Positions 10,307 to 20,772 of a stretch of 64,000 nt of DNA are shown here, piece after piece. Each line of letters starts with the position of its first letter. Position 1 is the first letter of the stretch. This DNA comes from Bacteroidales bacterium (lineage in GTDB: Bacteria > Bacteroidota > Bacteroidia > Bacteroidales > WCHB1-69), in contig JAFZZT010000014.1 of NCBI GenBank assembly GCA_017615595.1, forward strand, positions 228 through 64,227, in the 5' to 3' direction. The notes under the pieces are model-generated. The model did not search any database. It was not told the DNA's origin and was given only the letters and a program-made list of their open reading frames with translations. Both the position numbers and the translations under genes were made by a program.

Positions 10307-11715
10307 TCAATCGAGGACGCAGCGGACCGAGAAGCCGCTCTGGCGATCGGAGACGATGTCAATGCCGAGAGCTGAATTGCCATTAATCACCCCCACAGAT
10401 TGAGCACTGGGGCCGTTGGCTTGCAACCTAAAGTGGTGCTCCATAAAGATCCCGCACCTCCAGGGGCAAAATATACCGCATAGGTGTAATGACCCGCTGG
10501 CAGTATTGAGAAACCCGTGGCGTCATTGGTGGAAGGGTTGTTGCCTGGGGCACAAGACCAACCTGTGAAATTCCAATAATTTTGAGAAGACAATGCTTTG
10601 GCAGTATTGTAAGAGTTGTTGTTGCAGAAGTATTGGCTCTGGCTTCGCACATAGTTGTTCAGTTGGTTCCATTCCGCTATACTGGGCACATGCCAGCCCT
10701 CTGGGCAAATACCCTGCACGCCCGAAGGATTGCTGTCGCTCCCGTTGGCGCCGTGCATCACGGCAGGCCAGTTGTAAAAATATCCAAAGACCGCCACGTT
10801 GGCACTGTCATTATTGGGATAATAGCGGTAAGCGTCTGAATTGCTGGCGTTAACTCCCAAAGGGATCATCGTTCCATCAGTGTATCTGACAGAGCGGAGA
10901 TTTTCTTTCGTCCAGCATTGGTTGCCGATCTGGACCGTGTTGTAAACATTGCCGTCGTAGTCATACACATACGGGAGTCGCTTACAAGGAAAGCCGTCAT
11001 TAATCCCTTGCTGGAAAGCAAAATAAAGCTTGATAAACTCTGTGCCACTCTGTTCCTGCACCAGACTCAAAGATATCTCGTCAGATCCGTTGATGGTGGC
11101 ATAACCGATATATTCCATCTGGTCACCTTGATGGAACGGTTGGTAAGAATTGCCCTTGGGCGACAAGCCGTCAAGATCTTCTTGGGAAGAAAGTCCATGG
11201 TATTTGATTCCATTCTTTCCCCCATTTCCCTGGTTTACAATCTTGACAGATGCAGATTTGCCGTTCTGCTTTGCCGTGAGAAAATAGATGCCTGCCGCAG
11301 CAAACGACACGTCCAGCTGGTGGGTACCAGGGAGAACAGATGTCATACGGGATGACTCTACGACACGTCCCGTCATATCCGTGATGTCAATCATCACATC
11401 GCCAGCTTCCTGCACAAGTAGGGTTGTCAGAGCGTTTCCTTGGCACGGGTTGGGACTGCAAGACCAGTGGAGAGGCTCGGCCGCCTGCCATGTTTCCACG
11501 CCATTGGGTCCGGGGGTGGCATGCAGTTGCAAGACGGTATCGGGCCAATAGAGGGTCTCCTGCCAGCCTTGGGAGAGGTTCTTCACCTGAATATGGTCAA
11601 GACGCACATAGCGGTTGCTGGTATCCCGCCCCGAAAAATACAAATACACGGTCTGGGCGTAAAACACCGTAGCGGTCATAACTATCACAAGGGAAAGTAA
11701 AAGTTTCTTCATCAT
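10307..11715 (-). pseudogene. Secreted FISUMP (Fib_succ_major) domain protein, frameshifted near the 3' end
   Basis: DYDGNVYNTVQIGNQCWTKENLR, YNWPAVM and QGICPEGWHVPS. The ORF stops at 10387, but the canonical tail GFSVRCVLD* is in another frame and ends at 10307. Confidence 0.75.
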
Positions 11716-11855
11716 AAATGATTATATTTGTTGTCAATAAAAGATGGTGCAAACATACATAATATAAGACGAATAAACACCCATTTTATTACACTTTTCC
11801 AACAAAAAAAATCATTTTTTTTGGGGGGGGTAATATATTGATTTTTAATGTGTTA

Positions 11856-12566
11856 TTATAAAAATTTCACCACATCTTTCATGCTCTCCATTTCCTCCAA
11901 ATTGATCTCGATATTCTCGGTAATGAAGTCGTTGAAGGGCTTCATGGCCTGGCAATAACCGGTGATGATCTGTACGGCATCTTTGCGCTGGAGAATATCG
12001 TCGGGCAGGTCGAAGGCGATGGTATATTCTTTGGGGAGAAGATATTCCGGATAGGGAAAGTCTTTGGGGTATCCGTTGGGAATGCGTTTGTAGTAGTTCA
12101 ATCCCAAGGTGGGTTTCCGCTTTTGCAGTTCCGGGGCTTGCATGATGCCATGGAACAGTTCCGCCTGGTCCACGATGGCGTGGCGCAGGGCGTGCATCTC
12201 CTTGGACGGGAGCCACCAGACGCCACCGCCTAAGAAGACCTTGTAAGGCTCAATCTGCACATAGTATCCGCCATAGTAGGCCTTCTTGCCTCGCTCGTTG
12301 ATAAAGGCGCCGAAATGTCCTTTGTAAGGCGTTTTGTCTTGCGAGAAACGGATGTCCCGGTAAATGCGATAGATGCAATCCTTAGGGGTCAGATAGCTGA
12401 CGCCGGGGTCGAAAGCGGCGGTCTCCCCTATCAGCTTGGCAACCAACTCTTGGAATTCCGACCATGCCTCGTCAAACCAGGCTTTGTTGGCCTTGAACCA
12501 CTCGCGATTGTTGTGTGAGACCAATTCGCGAAGAAAAACTTGCATGTTGTTGTCAGGCTTTTTCAT
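11856..12566 (-). CDS. DUF2461 / TIGR02453 family protein
   Basis: HNNREWF and IYRIYRDIRFSQDKTPYK; ATGA overlap with the tlyA stop. Confidence 0.9.
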   Translation of the reverse strand: MKKPDNNMQVFLRELVSHNNREWFKANKAWFDEAWSEFQELVAKLIGETAAFDPGVSYLTPKDCIYRIYRDIRFSQDKTPYKGHFGAFINERGKKAYYGGYYVQIEPYKVFLGGGVWWLPSKEMHALRHAIVDQAELFHGIMQAPELQKRKPTLGLNYYKRIPNGYPKDFPYPEYLLPKEYTIAFDLPDDILQRKDAVQIITGYCQAMKPFNDFITENIEINLEEMESMKDVVKFL

Positions 12567-13360
12567 GACATGGCCTTTTTCAGAGATTTTACATCCGCGC
12601 ATATCTGGTTGAGGTTCAGTAAGAAACCATTGTCTTGGCGGCTGAACAGCGCCAGGAACTCCACATTCTTGTGCACTTCTGCCAGCGTGGAGACGGTGAG
12701 GTTGTTCAGGTAGAAATGTTGGTTGAGGGCCTCGTTAACCACTTTCTGGATGGCGATCTTGTAGCCTTTCTCGTCTTTGACGATGCCGTTCTTGTTGAGG
12801 AATGAGGGACCCGCCTCAAACTGCGGCTTGATGAGGAGCACCATGCGGCCGTCAGGTTTCAGGAAGGGCTGGCAGTACGGGAGGATGTAGGTCAAGGAGA
12901 TGAAAGAGACATCGGAGACGATCATGTCGAAGGGCTCGTTCCCGGTCTCTGCCAAGGTCAGCTCGCGGAAGTCGCGGTTCTCGATGGAGAGCACCCGGCT
13001 GTCGGCGCGGAGTGTGTCGGCGAGCTGGCGTGTGCCCACATCGACAGCCACTACCCCACTCGCCCCGTGCTGGAGCGCACAGTCGGTGAATCCGCCCGTG
13101 GAGGCGCCAATGTCCAGGACGCGAAGGCCGGACAGCTGCAGTCCGAAATCCTCAATAGCCTTCTCTAATTTCAAACCGCCCATGCTGACATATTTATTGT
13201 AGATATCGATGACCTCTACCTCCATGGCATCGTTGATGTCCATGGAGGACTTGGTGACCACCTGGCCGTTCACCTTGACCGTCTGGTGCTTGATGGCCGC
13301 CTGAGCCTTCTCACGCGACTGGAAATGGCCGTTATCCACAAGAAACTTGTCTAAGCGCAT
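12563..13360 (-). CDS. tlyA: TlyA-family rRNA (cytidine-2'-O)-methyltransferase
   Basis: N-terminal S4 domain; YVSMGGLKL, DIGASTGGFTD, DVSFISL and LIKPQFE. Confidence 0.93.
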   Translation of the reverse strand: MRLDKFLVDNGHFQSREKAQAAIKHQTVKVNGQVVTKSSMDINDAMEVEVIDIYNKYVSMGGLKLEKAIEDFGLQLSGLRVLDIGASTGGFTDCALQHGASGVVAVDVGTRQLADTLRADSRVLSIENRDFRELTLAETGNEPFDMIVSDVSFISLTYILPYCQPFLKPDGRMVLLIKPQFEAGPSFLNKNGIVKDEKGYKIAIQKVVNEALNQHFYLNNLTVSTLAEVHKNVEFLALFSRQDNGFLLNLNQICADVKSLKKAMS

Positions 13361-13372
13361 GGCCGTGATGTT

Positions 13373-13864
13373 TTAGCGAAGACGGTCTGCGCTTCTCACC
13401 AGAGCCTCGTCCTTTTTGATGAACTTGTTGGCGAGGTACAAGCATACAGCTTCCACGGCAATCAAGATGATCAGGAGGATCTGGTTGGCAAAATGGAATC
13501 CGGTGATCGTCTCACCGCGCAAGGAGAAGAACTTCTTGATGATGATGTCCGGACAAACCCAGAGCATCAGCAACAGGGCGATCAGATAGACGATCATCGT
13601 GATGGAGACGATATTGCTTTGACGGACACGGTTTTTGTAGGTGAACAGTGCGATAGTGCAGAGAATGGCGCAGAGAGCCAAGGTGAAAGCCAGATAATAG
13701 AGGCGTAACACTGCGATGCCATCGGGGATGTTCATCTTCACACATAGGGAATTATATATATATTGTGCATTGGCCGTGTCGAAGATGCCAATGGGGAGGA
13801 TGATCAACACGATAGGGACAATGATACCTATAAGTAGAAACAGGGATTGGATTCTTTGAATCAT
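13373..13864 (-). CDS. DUF4293 family membrane protein
   Basis: MIQRIQS start, four TM helices and IKKDEALVRSADRLR end. Confidence 0.9.
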   Translation of the reverse strand: MIQRIQSLFLLIGIIVPIVLIILPIGIFDTANAQYIYNSLCVKMNIPDGIAVLRLYYLAFTLALCAILCTIALFTYKNRVRQSNIVSITMIVYLIALLLMLWVCPDIIIKKFFSLRGETITGFHFANQILLIILIAVEAVCLYLANKFIKKDEALVRSADRLR

Positions 13865-13887
13865 GATAAATGTTTTTTTAATGATGA

Positions 13888-14493
13888 TTATTCTTTATTG
13901 CCGACAGTCTTGCTTAAAATGAAAGGCGGGAATTTCTGCACTTTCTTGCCAACCGTGAACTTCGGTGAGAATTTGATTTTGACGTTGGAAGGGTCGCCGT
14001 TGCCGTAGTCTTTCAGGTTTTTGACAAACTTGACCACGCTGTTGAGTTCGCCCTCCTGGTTTCTGAATATTTTGACCAGATCCACAGAGACGGGGACCTT
14101 GATCTGGGTGGTGGTGTTGGGCTTGATGAGGAAGGACTGTTCATCGTAGGAACCGGTGGCGACAGAGGCGTTGTCGAGGAACAGCTCGTATTCATAGGCG
14201 ATCATCTTGGCATCGCGCGGAGTGCTGTTCTTGACGTTGACCTTGATGTTGCAGCCGATGTTGAAGTCCTTGTTTTTGAGCGCTGTGGCTGCCGACTTGA
14301 GGTCGTTGATGCTCAGGTCGGAGACGCTCTTGATGTTGCTCATGTTGACGCCCGCCCAGGTGATGTCTGTGATGCCGTCCATGTCGAAGGAGCAGCGCAG
14401 CAGGTTGACCACTTTAGAGAGTCCGCAGCTGCTCACGGCCACGGCGATACAGAGCATCGTGATGTAGATAAGGCTTTTGTGAAATTTTTTCAT
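13888..14493 (-). CDS. LEA type 2 / WHy-domain lipoprotein
   Basis: True start MKKFHK; lipobox VSSC; VKNSTPRDAKMIAYEYELFLD pattern. Confidence 0.65.
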   Translation of the reverse strand: MKKFHKSLIYITMLCIAVAVSSCGLSKVVNLLRCSFDMDGITDITWAGVNMSNIKSVSDLSINDLKSAATALKNKDFNIGCNIKVNVKNSTPRDAKMIAYEYELFLDNASVATGSYDEQSFLIKPNTTTQIKVPVSVDLVKIFRNQEGELNSVVKFVKNLKDYGNGDPSNVKIKFSPKFTVGKKVQKFPPFILSKTVGNKE

Positions 14494-14503
14494 TGTTGTA
14501 AGA

Positions 14504-15160
14504 TTAAGAATGGATAAGGCGGCCATCCTGCAGCTGGATTTTGCAGTCTGACAGGGCGGCGAGTTCCTCATTGTGGGTGACGATGACAAAGGTCTGCTTG
14601 AACTGGTCGCGCAGCTCGAAGAAGAGCTGGTGCAGTTTGCGGGCGTTGTCGGTGTCGAGGTTGCCGGAGGGCTCGTCCGCGAGGATGATCTCGGGCTTGT
14701 TGATGAGGGCACGGGCCACGGCAACACGTTGTTGCTCTCCTCCTGACAGCTCGGATGGCTTGTGGGTGATCCGCTCCTTGAGGTGGAGGAAGTCCAGAAG
14801 CTCGGTGGCGCGCACGAGAGCCTCCTTCTTCGGGAGTCCCGCGATCATCGCCGGCAGGGCCACGTTCTCCGCCGCCGTGAACTCCGGCAGCAGATGGTGG
14901 AACTGGAAGACGAAGCCGATATGGTGGTTGCGGAAGTCGGAAAGCTGGTTGTCGGACAGTCGGCTGATGTCCGTGCCTTGGATCAGGATACTGCCTTTGT
15001 CAGCACGGTCCAATGTGCCCATCAAATGCAACAAGGTGGACTTGCCCGCCCCGGAAGGGCCGACAATAGAGACCACCTTGCTGTCATCTATGGAGAGGGT
15101 TATGTCCTTCAAGACGTGAAGGGAGCCATAACTCTTATGTACATGTTGTACCTCGATCAT
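14504..15160 (-). CDS. ABC transporter ATP-binding protein, LolD-like
   Basis: [29 protein letters not shown] and ADEPSGNLD. Confidence 0.9.
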   Translation of the reverse strand: MIEVQHVHKSYGSLHVLKDITLSIDDSKVVSIVGPSGAGKSTLLHLMGTLDRADKGSILIQGTDISRLSDNQLSDFRNHHIGFVFQFHHLLPEFTAAENVALPAMIAGLPKKEALVRATELLDFLHLKERITHKPSELSGGEQQRVAVARALINKPEIILADEPSGNLDTDNARKLHQLFFELRDQFKQTFVIVTHNEELAALSDCKIQLQDGRLIHS

Positions 15161-16164
15161 TATTTTTGGGTTTCCTTAGCCAGGCGAGCAGTCAGCATCG
15201 GCACGATCTTGTGCAGGTCGCCCACGATACCCACGTCTGCCACGCCAAAGATAGGAGCGAACTTGTCCTTGTTGATGGCGATGATGAAGTCGGACTCCTC
15301 CATGCCGGCTAGGTGCTGGATGGCACCGCTGATACCGCAGGCAAGATAGAGGTTGGGACGCACGGTCTTGCCGGTCTGGCCGACCTGCAGGTTGTGGTCC
15401 ATGACGCCGGCATCCACCATGGCACGGGAGGAAGCCACCTGGCCGCCTAATACGTCGGCGAGCTCGCGCAGCTTGTCAAAGCCCTGCGTGTTGCCTACGC
15501 CACGGCCGCCGGAGACGAGCACCTTGGCCTCGGTGATATCGACACAGTCCTTGCACTCTTTGACGGTCTTCACCAAGCGTACCTTGAAACGGCTGCTGTC
15601 GAAGGTGGGCTTGAAGTCGATGACATCGCCTTGGCGGGTGGCATCGGGAGCCATCTTCTGCATCACGCCCGGACGTACCGTGCTCATCTGCGGACGATGC
15701 TCGGTATTCAAGATCGTGGCCATCAGGTTGCCGCCGAAGGCGGGACGCGTGCTGGCCAGCTGCTTGTCCTCCGTGATCTCCAACTTGGTGCAGTCGGCGG
15801 TGAGACCCGTGTTCAGACGGGCGGCCAAGCGCGGCGCCAAGTCACGACCGATGGTGGAGGCACCGATCAGCATCATGTTGGGCAGATATTTGGAAACCAC
15901 CTGGAAAAGGGCCTGGGTGTATTGCTCTGTGAGATAGTCCTTCAACTCGGGCTCATCGACACAGATCACCTCATCGGCACCGTATTCAATCAGTTTGGGA
16001 GCCTGTGCTTTGACCTGGTAGCCCAGCAAAACGGCCACCACCTTCTCGTTGAGGTCCAAGGAGAGCTTGTGAGCCTCTCCCAAGAGCTCCAAGGCCACAG
16101 GTTGAATGTTACCTTCGCGTTGCTCCGCAAAGACAAATATATTCTTATAATCAGATTTTTCCAT
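15160..16164 (-). CDS. etfA: Electron transfer flavoprotein alpha subunit
   Basis: [24 protein letters not shown] and [12 protein letters not shown]. Confidence 0.95.
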   Translation of the reverse strand: MEKSDYKNIFVFAEQREGNIQPVALELLGEAHKLSLDLNEKVVAVLLGYQVKAQAPKLIEYGADEVICVDEPELKDYLTEQYTQALFQVVSKYLPNMMLIGASTIGRDLAPRLAARLNTGLTADCTKLEITEDKQLASTRPAFGGNLMATILNTEHRPQMSTVRPGVMQKMAPDATRQGDVIDFKPTFDSSRFKVRLVKTVKECKDCVDITEAKVLVSGGRGVGNTQGFDKLRELADVLGGQVASSRAMVDAGVMDHNLQVGQTGKTVRPNLYLACGISGAIQHLAGMEESDFIIAINKDKFAPIFGVADVGIVGDLHKIVPMLTARLAKETQK

Positions 16165-16172
16165 AGCGATCG

Positions 16173-16955
16173 TTAAATAATGTGTTTCTCTTTCAGTTTG
16201 TTGACAATGATTTCGACAGCCTCTTCGGGATCCACCTCAAAGACTTCGCCAGCGCCTTTCTGCGGCTTGGTGAAGGATTTCTTGACGCGGGTCGGGGAAC
16301 CGGAGAGACCCAGGCGGTTGACATCCACATCGAGCTTGTCGGCGCCCCACACTTCCACCTCTTTGTCGTACGCTTCCATGATGCCTTTGACGGTCATGTA
16401 GCGCGGCTTGATGGCGGAAGAGAGCACGGTAAGCACGCAGGGAGTCTCCACTTCGAGGATCTGGTAACCGTCCTCCATCTCTTTGGTCAGCGTCAGCAAT
16501 GCCTTGCCGTCATATTCGAGGTTGGTCACATAGGTCACCTGCGGCAGGTCGAGGTGTTGAGCCAAGGACACGGGGGTCTGGGCGGTGTCGCCGTCGATGG
16601 CCTGGCGTCCGGAGAGGATCAGGTCGTAGTCGAGCATGCGCATGGCGCCAGAGAGCGCGTAGGAGGTGGCCAAGGTGTCGGCGCCGGCGAACTTGCGGTC
16701 TGACAACAGGATGGCACGGTCAGCACCCATGGCGAAGGCCTCGCGGCAGATGGCGTCGGCTTGCGGAGGACCCATCGTGATGACGGTCACATGTGCGCCG
16801 TATTGGTCTTTCAGACGCAGGGCCAGCTCCAGCGCGGAGGCATCGTCCGGATTCAGAATGCTGGGCACTCCGTCACGGATGAGCGTACCTGTCTCCGGAT
16901 TGATTTTAATAACATTGGTATTCGGAACCTGTTTTATCGTTACAATAATATTCAT
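16173..16955 (-). CDS. etfB: Electron transfer flavoprotein beta subunit
   Basis: KQVP, FAGADTLAT, GRQAIDGDTAQ and GLSGSPTRV. Confidence 0.95.
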   Translation of the reverse strand: MNIIVTIKQVPNTNVIKINPETGTLIRDGVPSILNPDDASALELALRLKDQYGAHVTVITMGPPQADAICREAFAMGADRAILLSDRKFAGADTLATSYALSGAMRMLDYDLILSGRQAIDGDTAQTPVSLAQHLDLPQVTYVTNLEYDGKALLTLTKEMEDGYQILEVETPCVLTVLSSAIKPRYMTVKGIMEAYDKEVEVWGADKLDVDVNRLGLSGSPTRVKKSFTKPQKGAGEVFEVDPEEAVEIIVNKLKEKHII

Positions 16956-16969
16956 AAGTCTCTAAGTTT

Positions 16970-18109
16970 TTATTTGAACAATTTACCGGCGATAACCATT
17001 CTCTGGACCTCGGAGGTGCCTTCGTAGATCTCGGTGATCTTGGCGTCGCGCATCATACGTTCGATGTCATACTCGCGGGTGTAGCCGTAGCCACCGTGGA
17101 ACTGCACGCACTTGGTGGTCGTCTCCATCGCGGTCTCGGCGCAATAGAGCTTGGCCATGGCAGCGTCCACCGTGTAGGGCTGCTTGTTGTCTTTCTTCCA
17201 GGCGGCCTGGCGGACGAGCAGACGGGCGGCCTGCACTTTGGTCTCCAGGTTGGCCATCTGGAACTGGGTGTTCTGGAAGGCGCTGATGGAGCGGCCGAAC
17301 TGCTTGCGCTCTTTGGTGTATTTGACGGTCACGTCAAGGGCGCCCTGGGCGATGCCCAATGCCTGTGCGGCGATGCCGATACGGCCGCCGTCGAGGGTCA
17401 TCATGGCGATCTTGAAGCCCTTGCCGAGGTCACCCAACAGGTTCTCCTTCGGGATGCGGCAGTTTTCAAAGATCAGCTCGCAGGTGGCGGAGCCGCGGAT
17501 ACCCATCTTCATCTCCTTCTTGCCGATGGAGAAGCCTGGGGTGTCCTTCTCCACGATGAAGGCGGAGATGCCACGGGTGCCCTGCGATTTGTCGGTCATG
17601 GCCATCACGACATAGACGTGGGCGTAGCCGGCGTTGGTGATGAATATCTTGGAGCCGTTGAGGACCCACTCGTCACCGTCCAGCACGGCGGTCGTCTGCT
17701 GCATGGCAGCGTCTGTGCCGGCGTTGGGCTCGGTGAGACCGAAGGCGCCGATCCACTCGCCAGAGACCAGCTTCGGCAGGTACTTCATCTTCTGCTCCTC
17801 AGTGCCGAACTCCAGGATGGGGTTCATACAGAGGGAGGTGTGGGCGCTGACAACCACGGCGGTGGTGGCGCATACTCTCGCCAGCTCTTCCACGGCCATG
17901 ATGTACATCTGGTTGGTACCACCCTGTCCACCATACTGCGTGGGGATGGGGATGCCCATAATGCCGATCTTGGCCATCTTTTCAACCGTCTCCGCAGGGA
18001 AACGTTCTTGCTCATCTATTTCGGCAGCCAAAGGCTTCACTTCCTCTTCCGCAAACTTACGAATCATCTGCAAGAAGAGTTCTTCTTTCTTGTTTAAACT
18101 AAAATCCAT
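16970..18109 (-). CDS. bcd: Butyryl-CoA (acyl-CoA) dehydrogenase
   Basis: FGLTEPNAGTDA, NGSKIFITN, LDGGRIGIAAQ and DAKITEIYEGTSEVQR; directly upstream of etfBA. Confidence 0.9.
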   Translation of the reverse strand: MDFSLNKKEELFLQMIRKFAEEEVKPLAAEIDEQERFPAETVEKMAKIGIMGIPIPTQYGGQGGTNQMYIMAVEELARVCATTAVVVSAHTSLCMNPILEFGTEEQKMKYLPKLVSGEWIGAFGLTEPNAGTDAAMQQTTAVLDGDEWVLNGSKIFITNAGYAHVYVVMAMTDKSQGTRGISAFIVEKDTPGFSIGKKEMKMGIRGSATCELIFENCRIPKENLLGDLGKGFKIAMMTLDGGRIGIAAQALGIAQGALDVTVKYTKERKQFGRSISAFQNTQFQMANLETKVQAARLLVRQAAWKKDNKQPYTVDAAMAKLYCAETAMETTTKCVQFHGGYGYTREYDIERMMRDAKITEIYEGTSEVQRMVIAGKLFK

Positions 18110-18130
18110 TGTCTTTTAAGTGTATTAATT

Positions 18131-18172
18131 CTAACTAAAAACTTCTAACTACTAACTTCAAACTCCCAACTG
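18131..18172. repeat. Degenerate heptamer tandem array (6 units, nnAACTn)
   Basis: CTAACTA AAAACTT CTAACTA CTAACTT CAAACTC CCAACTG, abutting the CoA-transferase stop. Confidence 0.75.
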
Positions 18173-18832
18173 TTAATCGATCTCCATCGGTTTGAGGTCG
18201 GGGGACACGATGAAGTCGGCCTCGGTGGCAGCCTTCACGTCCTCCACGGTGAACTCGGGATAGAGCTCTGTCAGGGTCAGGCCTTCGGGCTTGAACTCCA
18301 TGACGCACATCTCGGTGATGATCATGTTGACCTTGCCTTTGGCGGTGAGGGGCAGGTTGCATTTATGCAGGATCTTGGGAGCACCCTTCTGGGTGTGGAT
18401 CATGGCGATGATCACGCGGGCGTTGGTGAGCAGGTCCATAGCGCCGCCCATGCCGGCGACCAGCTTGCCGGGAACCATCCAGTTGGCCAGGTCGGCGTTC
18501 TCGTCAACCTGCATGGCGCCCAAGACGGTGGCGTCCACATGTCCGCCTCTGATCAGCGCGAAAGAGTCGGCAGAACTGAAAGAGGCTGCACCCGGCTGTG
18601 CGGTGATGTAGCCGCCGCCGGAGTTCGTCAAGAACGGATCCTCCTTGCCCTCTTCAGGGGTCGGACCAAAGCCCAACATGCCGTTCTCGGTCTGCAAGAT
18701 GACGTGCACGTCTTTCGGTAAATAATTGACTGCCATGGTGGGAAGACCAATACCCAGGTTCACCACATCGCCGTCGTGCAACTCTTTAGCCACACGCTTG
18801 GCGATAATTTGCTGCATTTGTTGTTTATCCAT
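18173..18832 (-). CDS. 3-oxoacid/butyrate CoA-transferase beta subunit (AtoA/CtfB-like)
   Basis: VNLGIGLPT, catalytic (T)ENG and GMGGAMDL. Confidence 0.92.
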   Translation of the reverse strand: MDKQQMQQIIAKRVAKELHDGDVVNLGIGLPTMAVNYLPKDVHVILQTENGMLGFGPTPEEGKEDPFLTNSGGGYITAQPGAASFSSADSFALIRGGHVDATVLGAMQVDENADLANWMVPGKLVAGMGGAMDLLTNARVIIAMIHTQKGAPKILHKCNLPLTAKGKVNMIITEMCVMEFKPEGLTLTELYPEFTVEDVKAATEADFIVSPDLKPMEID

Positions 18833-18876
18833 ATCTCTAAGTTTTAATAAAAATTATCCTTATAAAATAAGCGGGG

Positions 18877-18903
18877 CAAAGATACAAAAAATGTTTATCT
18901 TTG
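18877..18903. promoter_or_regulatory. Divergent -7 boxes driving the two halves of the butyryl-CoA cluster
   Basis: CAAAGATA at 18877-18884 and TATCTTTG at 18896-18903. Confidence 0.65.
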
Positions 18904-19000
18904 CACCCGACTTTTTTCACGAATTGAAAAAGGACGCAATTCTCACTGGAAAATGTCGATGTTTTTTCGCTAAGTTATTATAAGTCCGAATAAAAACTTT

Positions 19001-19795
19001 ATGGAACAGACCTACACACAGGAATACGAATTTTTAAAGGTCAGCAGACAGGACCGGATTGCCGTGGTCGCTATCTCCGCACCGAAGTCATTAAATGCGC
19101 TGAACTCTGTCATCATTGGCGAGCTGACGCACTTTATCTCCAATATCGATGAAGATACCCGGGCGCTCATCATCACGGGCGATGGGGAAAAATCCTTTGT
19201 GGCGGGTGCCGACATCTCCGAGATGGCGACGCTGGACCGCATTGGCGGGTGTGCTTTCGGGCAGGCGGGCGCCGACCTCTTCCGCATGATCGAGACGTTG
19301 CCGATTCCCGTCATCGCGGCTGTCAACGGCTTCGCGCTGGGCGGCGGCTGTGAGCTGGCCATGGCCTGCGACATCCGGCTGGCCTCCAACAAGGCCAAGT
19401 TCGGCCAGCCTGAGGTGGGACTGGGCATCATCCCCGGATTCTCCGGCACGGTGCGCCTCGCGCGTACGGTGGGCATGGGATACGCCAAGGAGATGATCTA
19501 TACCGGCAAAATCATCCGCGCTGACGAAGCATTGCGCATTGGACTCGTCAACGCCATCTACGAGCCGGAAGCACTGATGGACGCCGCCATGGAGATGGCC
19601 AAAAAGATCGCCGCCAACGCTCCCATCGCGGTACGCTACGCCAAGACCTGCATCAACGAGGAGTGGGATATGAACGCCGATGACGCCATCGAGTTCGAGA
19701 CCGAATTCTTCGGCAGATGCTTCGACACCGAAGACCAGAAAGAGGGCATGCAGGCCTTCCTGAACAAGACCCCTGTGGAATTCAAAAATCGATAA
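19001..19795 (+). CDS. crt: Crotonase (3-hydroxybutyryl-CoA dehydratase)
   Basis: FVAGADI, NGFALGGGCELAMACDIR and FGQPEVGLGIIPG; context. Confidence 0.88.
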   Translation: MEQTYTQEYEFLKVSRQDRIAVVAISAPKSLNALNSVIIGELTHFISNIDEDTRALIITGDGEKSFVAGADISEMATLDRIGGCAFGQAGADLFRMIETLPIPVIAAVNGFALGGGCELAMACDIRLASNKAKFGQPEVGLGIIPGFSGTVRLARTVGMGYAKEMIYTGKIIRADEALRIGLVNAIYEPEALMDAAMEMAKKIAANAPIAVRYAKTCINEEWDMNADDAIEFETEFFGRCFDTEDQKEGMQAFLNKTPVEFKNR

Positions 19796-19796
19796 A

Positions 19797-19831
19797 AAAC
19801 TGATCTCTGATCACTGTTCACGGATCACTAA
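19797..19831. repeat. Heptamer array (TCACTGA family, 5 units)
   Basis: AAACTGA TCTCTGA TCACTGT TCACGGA TCACTAA. Confidence 0.7.
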
Positions 19832-19857
19832 CTTAATCACATAAAAATAATTACAGT

Positions 19858-20694
19858 ATGAAAATTTGTGTTATTGGAACAGGTACTATGGCCAAGGGCA
19901 TCGTGAAGGCTTTCGCCGCCAAGATGCCGGTCGTTATGAAAAGTAGAACCCAAGAGAGCCTCGACAAAGCCATGGGCTCCTTTGCCAAAGGCTATGGCAA
20001 ACTCGTGGAGAAGGGCAAGCTGACCCAAGAGGCCGTTGACGCCATCCTCGCCAACATCACCACCACGACCGATTACGCCACGTTTGCAGATGCAGACCTG
20101 GTGATTGAGGCTGCCGTGGAGGATATGCAACTCAAGAAGGATGTCTTCACCGAGCTGGACAAGATCTGCAAGCCGGAGACTATCTTCGCCACCAACTCCT
20201 CTTCACTCTCCATCACGGAGATCGCTGCCTGCACCAGCCGTCCGAGCCAGTTCATCGGCATGCACTTCTTCAACCCTGCCGACAGAATGGCCTTGGTGGA
20301 AGTCATCAAAGGTCAGGTTACCTCTGACGAGGTGTGCAAGCTGATCGTGGATCTGGCCACCTCCATCGGCAAGACCCCGGTGCTGGTGAATGAGGCTCCC
20401 GGTTTCGTGGTGAACCGCATCCTCATCCCGATGATCAACGAGGCTGTGGGTATCTTAGCCGACGGCATCGCTTCCGCCGAGGATATCGACAAGTGCATGA
20501 TGCTGGGTGCCAACCATCCGATGGGCCCGCTCGCCTTGGCCGACCTGATCGGCAACGATGTGAACCTCGCCATCATGGAGGTTCTGTACAACGAGTTCGG
20601 CGACCCGAAATACCGTCCGCATCCGCTGCTCCGCAAGATGGTGCGCGCCGGTTTGCTCGGCCGCAAGACCGGTGAGGGATTCTACAAATACTAA
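19858..20694 (+). CDS. hbd: 3-hydroxybutyryl-CoA dehydrogenase
   Basis: [34 protein letters not shown] and ANHPMGPL. Confidence 0.93.
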   Translation: MKICVIGTGTMAKGIVKAFAAKMPVVMKSRTQESLDKAMGSFAKGYGKLVEKGKLTQEAVDAILANITTTTDYATFADADLVIEAAVEDMQLKKDVFTELDKICKPETIFATNSSSLSITEIAACTSRPSQFIGMHFFNPADRMALVEVIKGQVTSDEVCKLIVDLATSIGKTPVLVNEAPGFVVNRILIPMINEAVGILADGIASAEDIDKCMMLGANHPMGPLALADLIGNDVNLAIMEVLYNEFGDPKYRPHPLLRKMVRAGLLGRKTGEGFYKY

Positions 20695-20716
20695 TAGTAT
20701 CTTGGACACCTTAACC

Positions 20717-20752
20717 AAAAATAGGATGATCCTGCGGGGTCATCCTATTTTT
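20717..20752. terminator. Bidirectional intrinsic terminator
   Basis: AAAAATAGGATGATCC...GGGTCATCCTATTTTT. Confidence 0.8.
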
Positions 20753-20772
20753 ATTTGCTGAAAATCTGTTCG

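Noticed and set aside
11803-11830. A8/T8/G8 homopolymers as a phase-variable promoter tract
   Set aside because: They lie well upstream of the -7 box near 11750, and one sequence gives no evidence of variation.
14494-14727. Ser/Thr/Pro-rich N-terminal extension of the LEA-2 ORF
   Set aside because: Alternative frame inside the LolD-like gene; the signal peptide starts at 14493.
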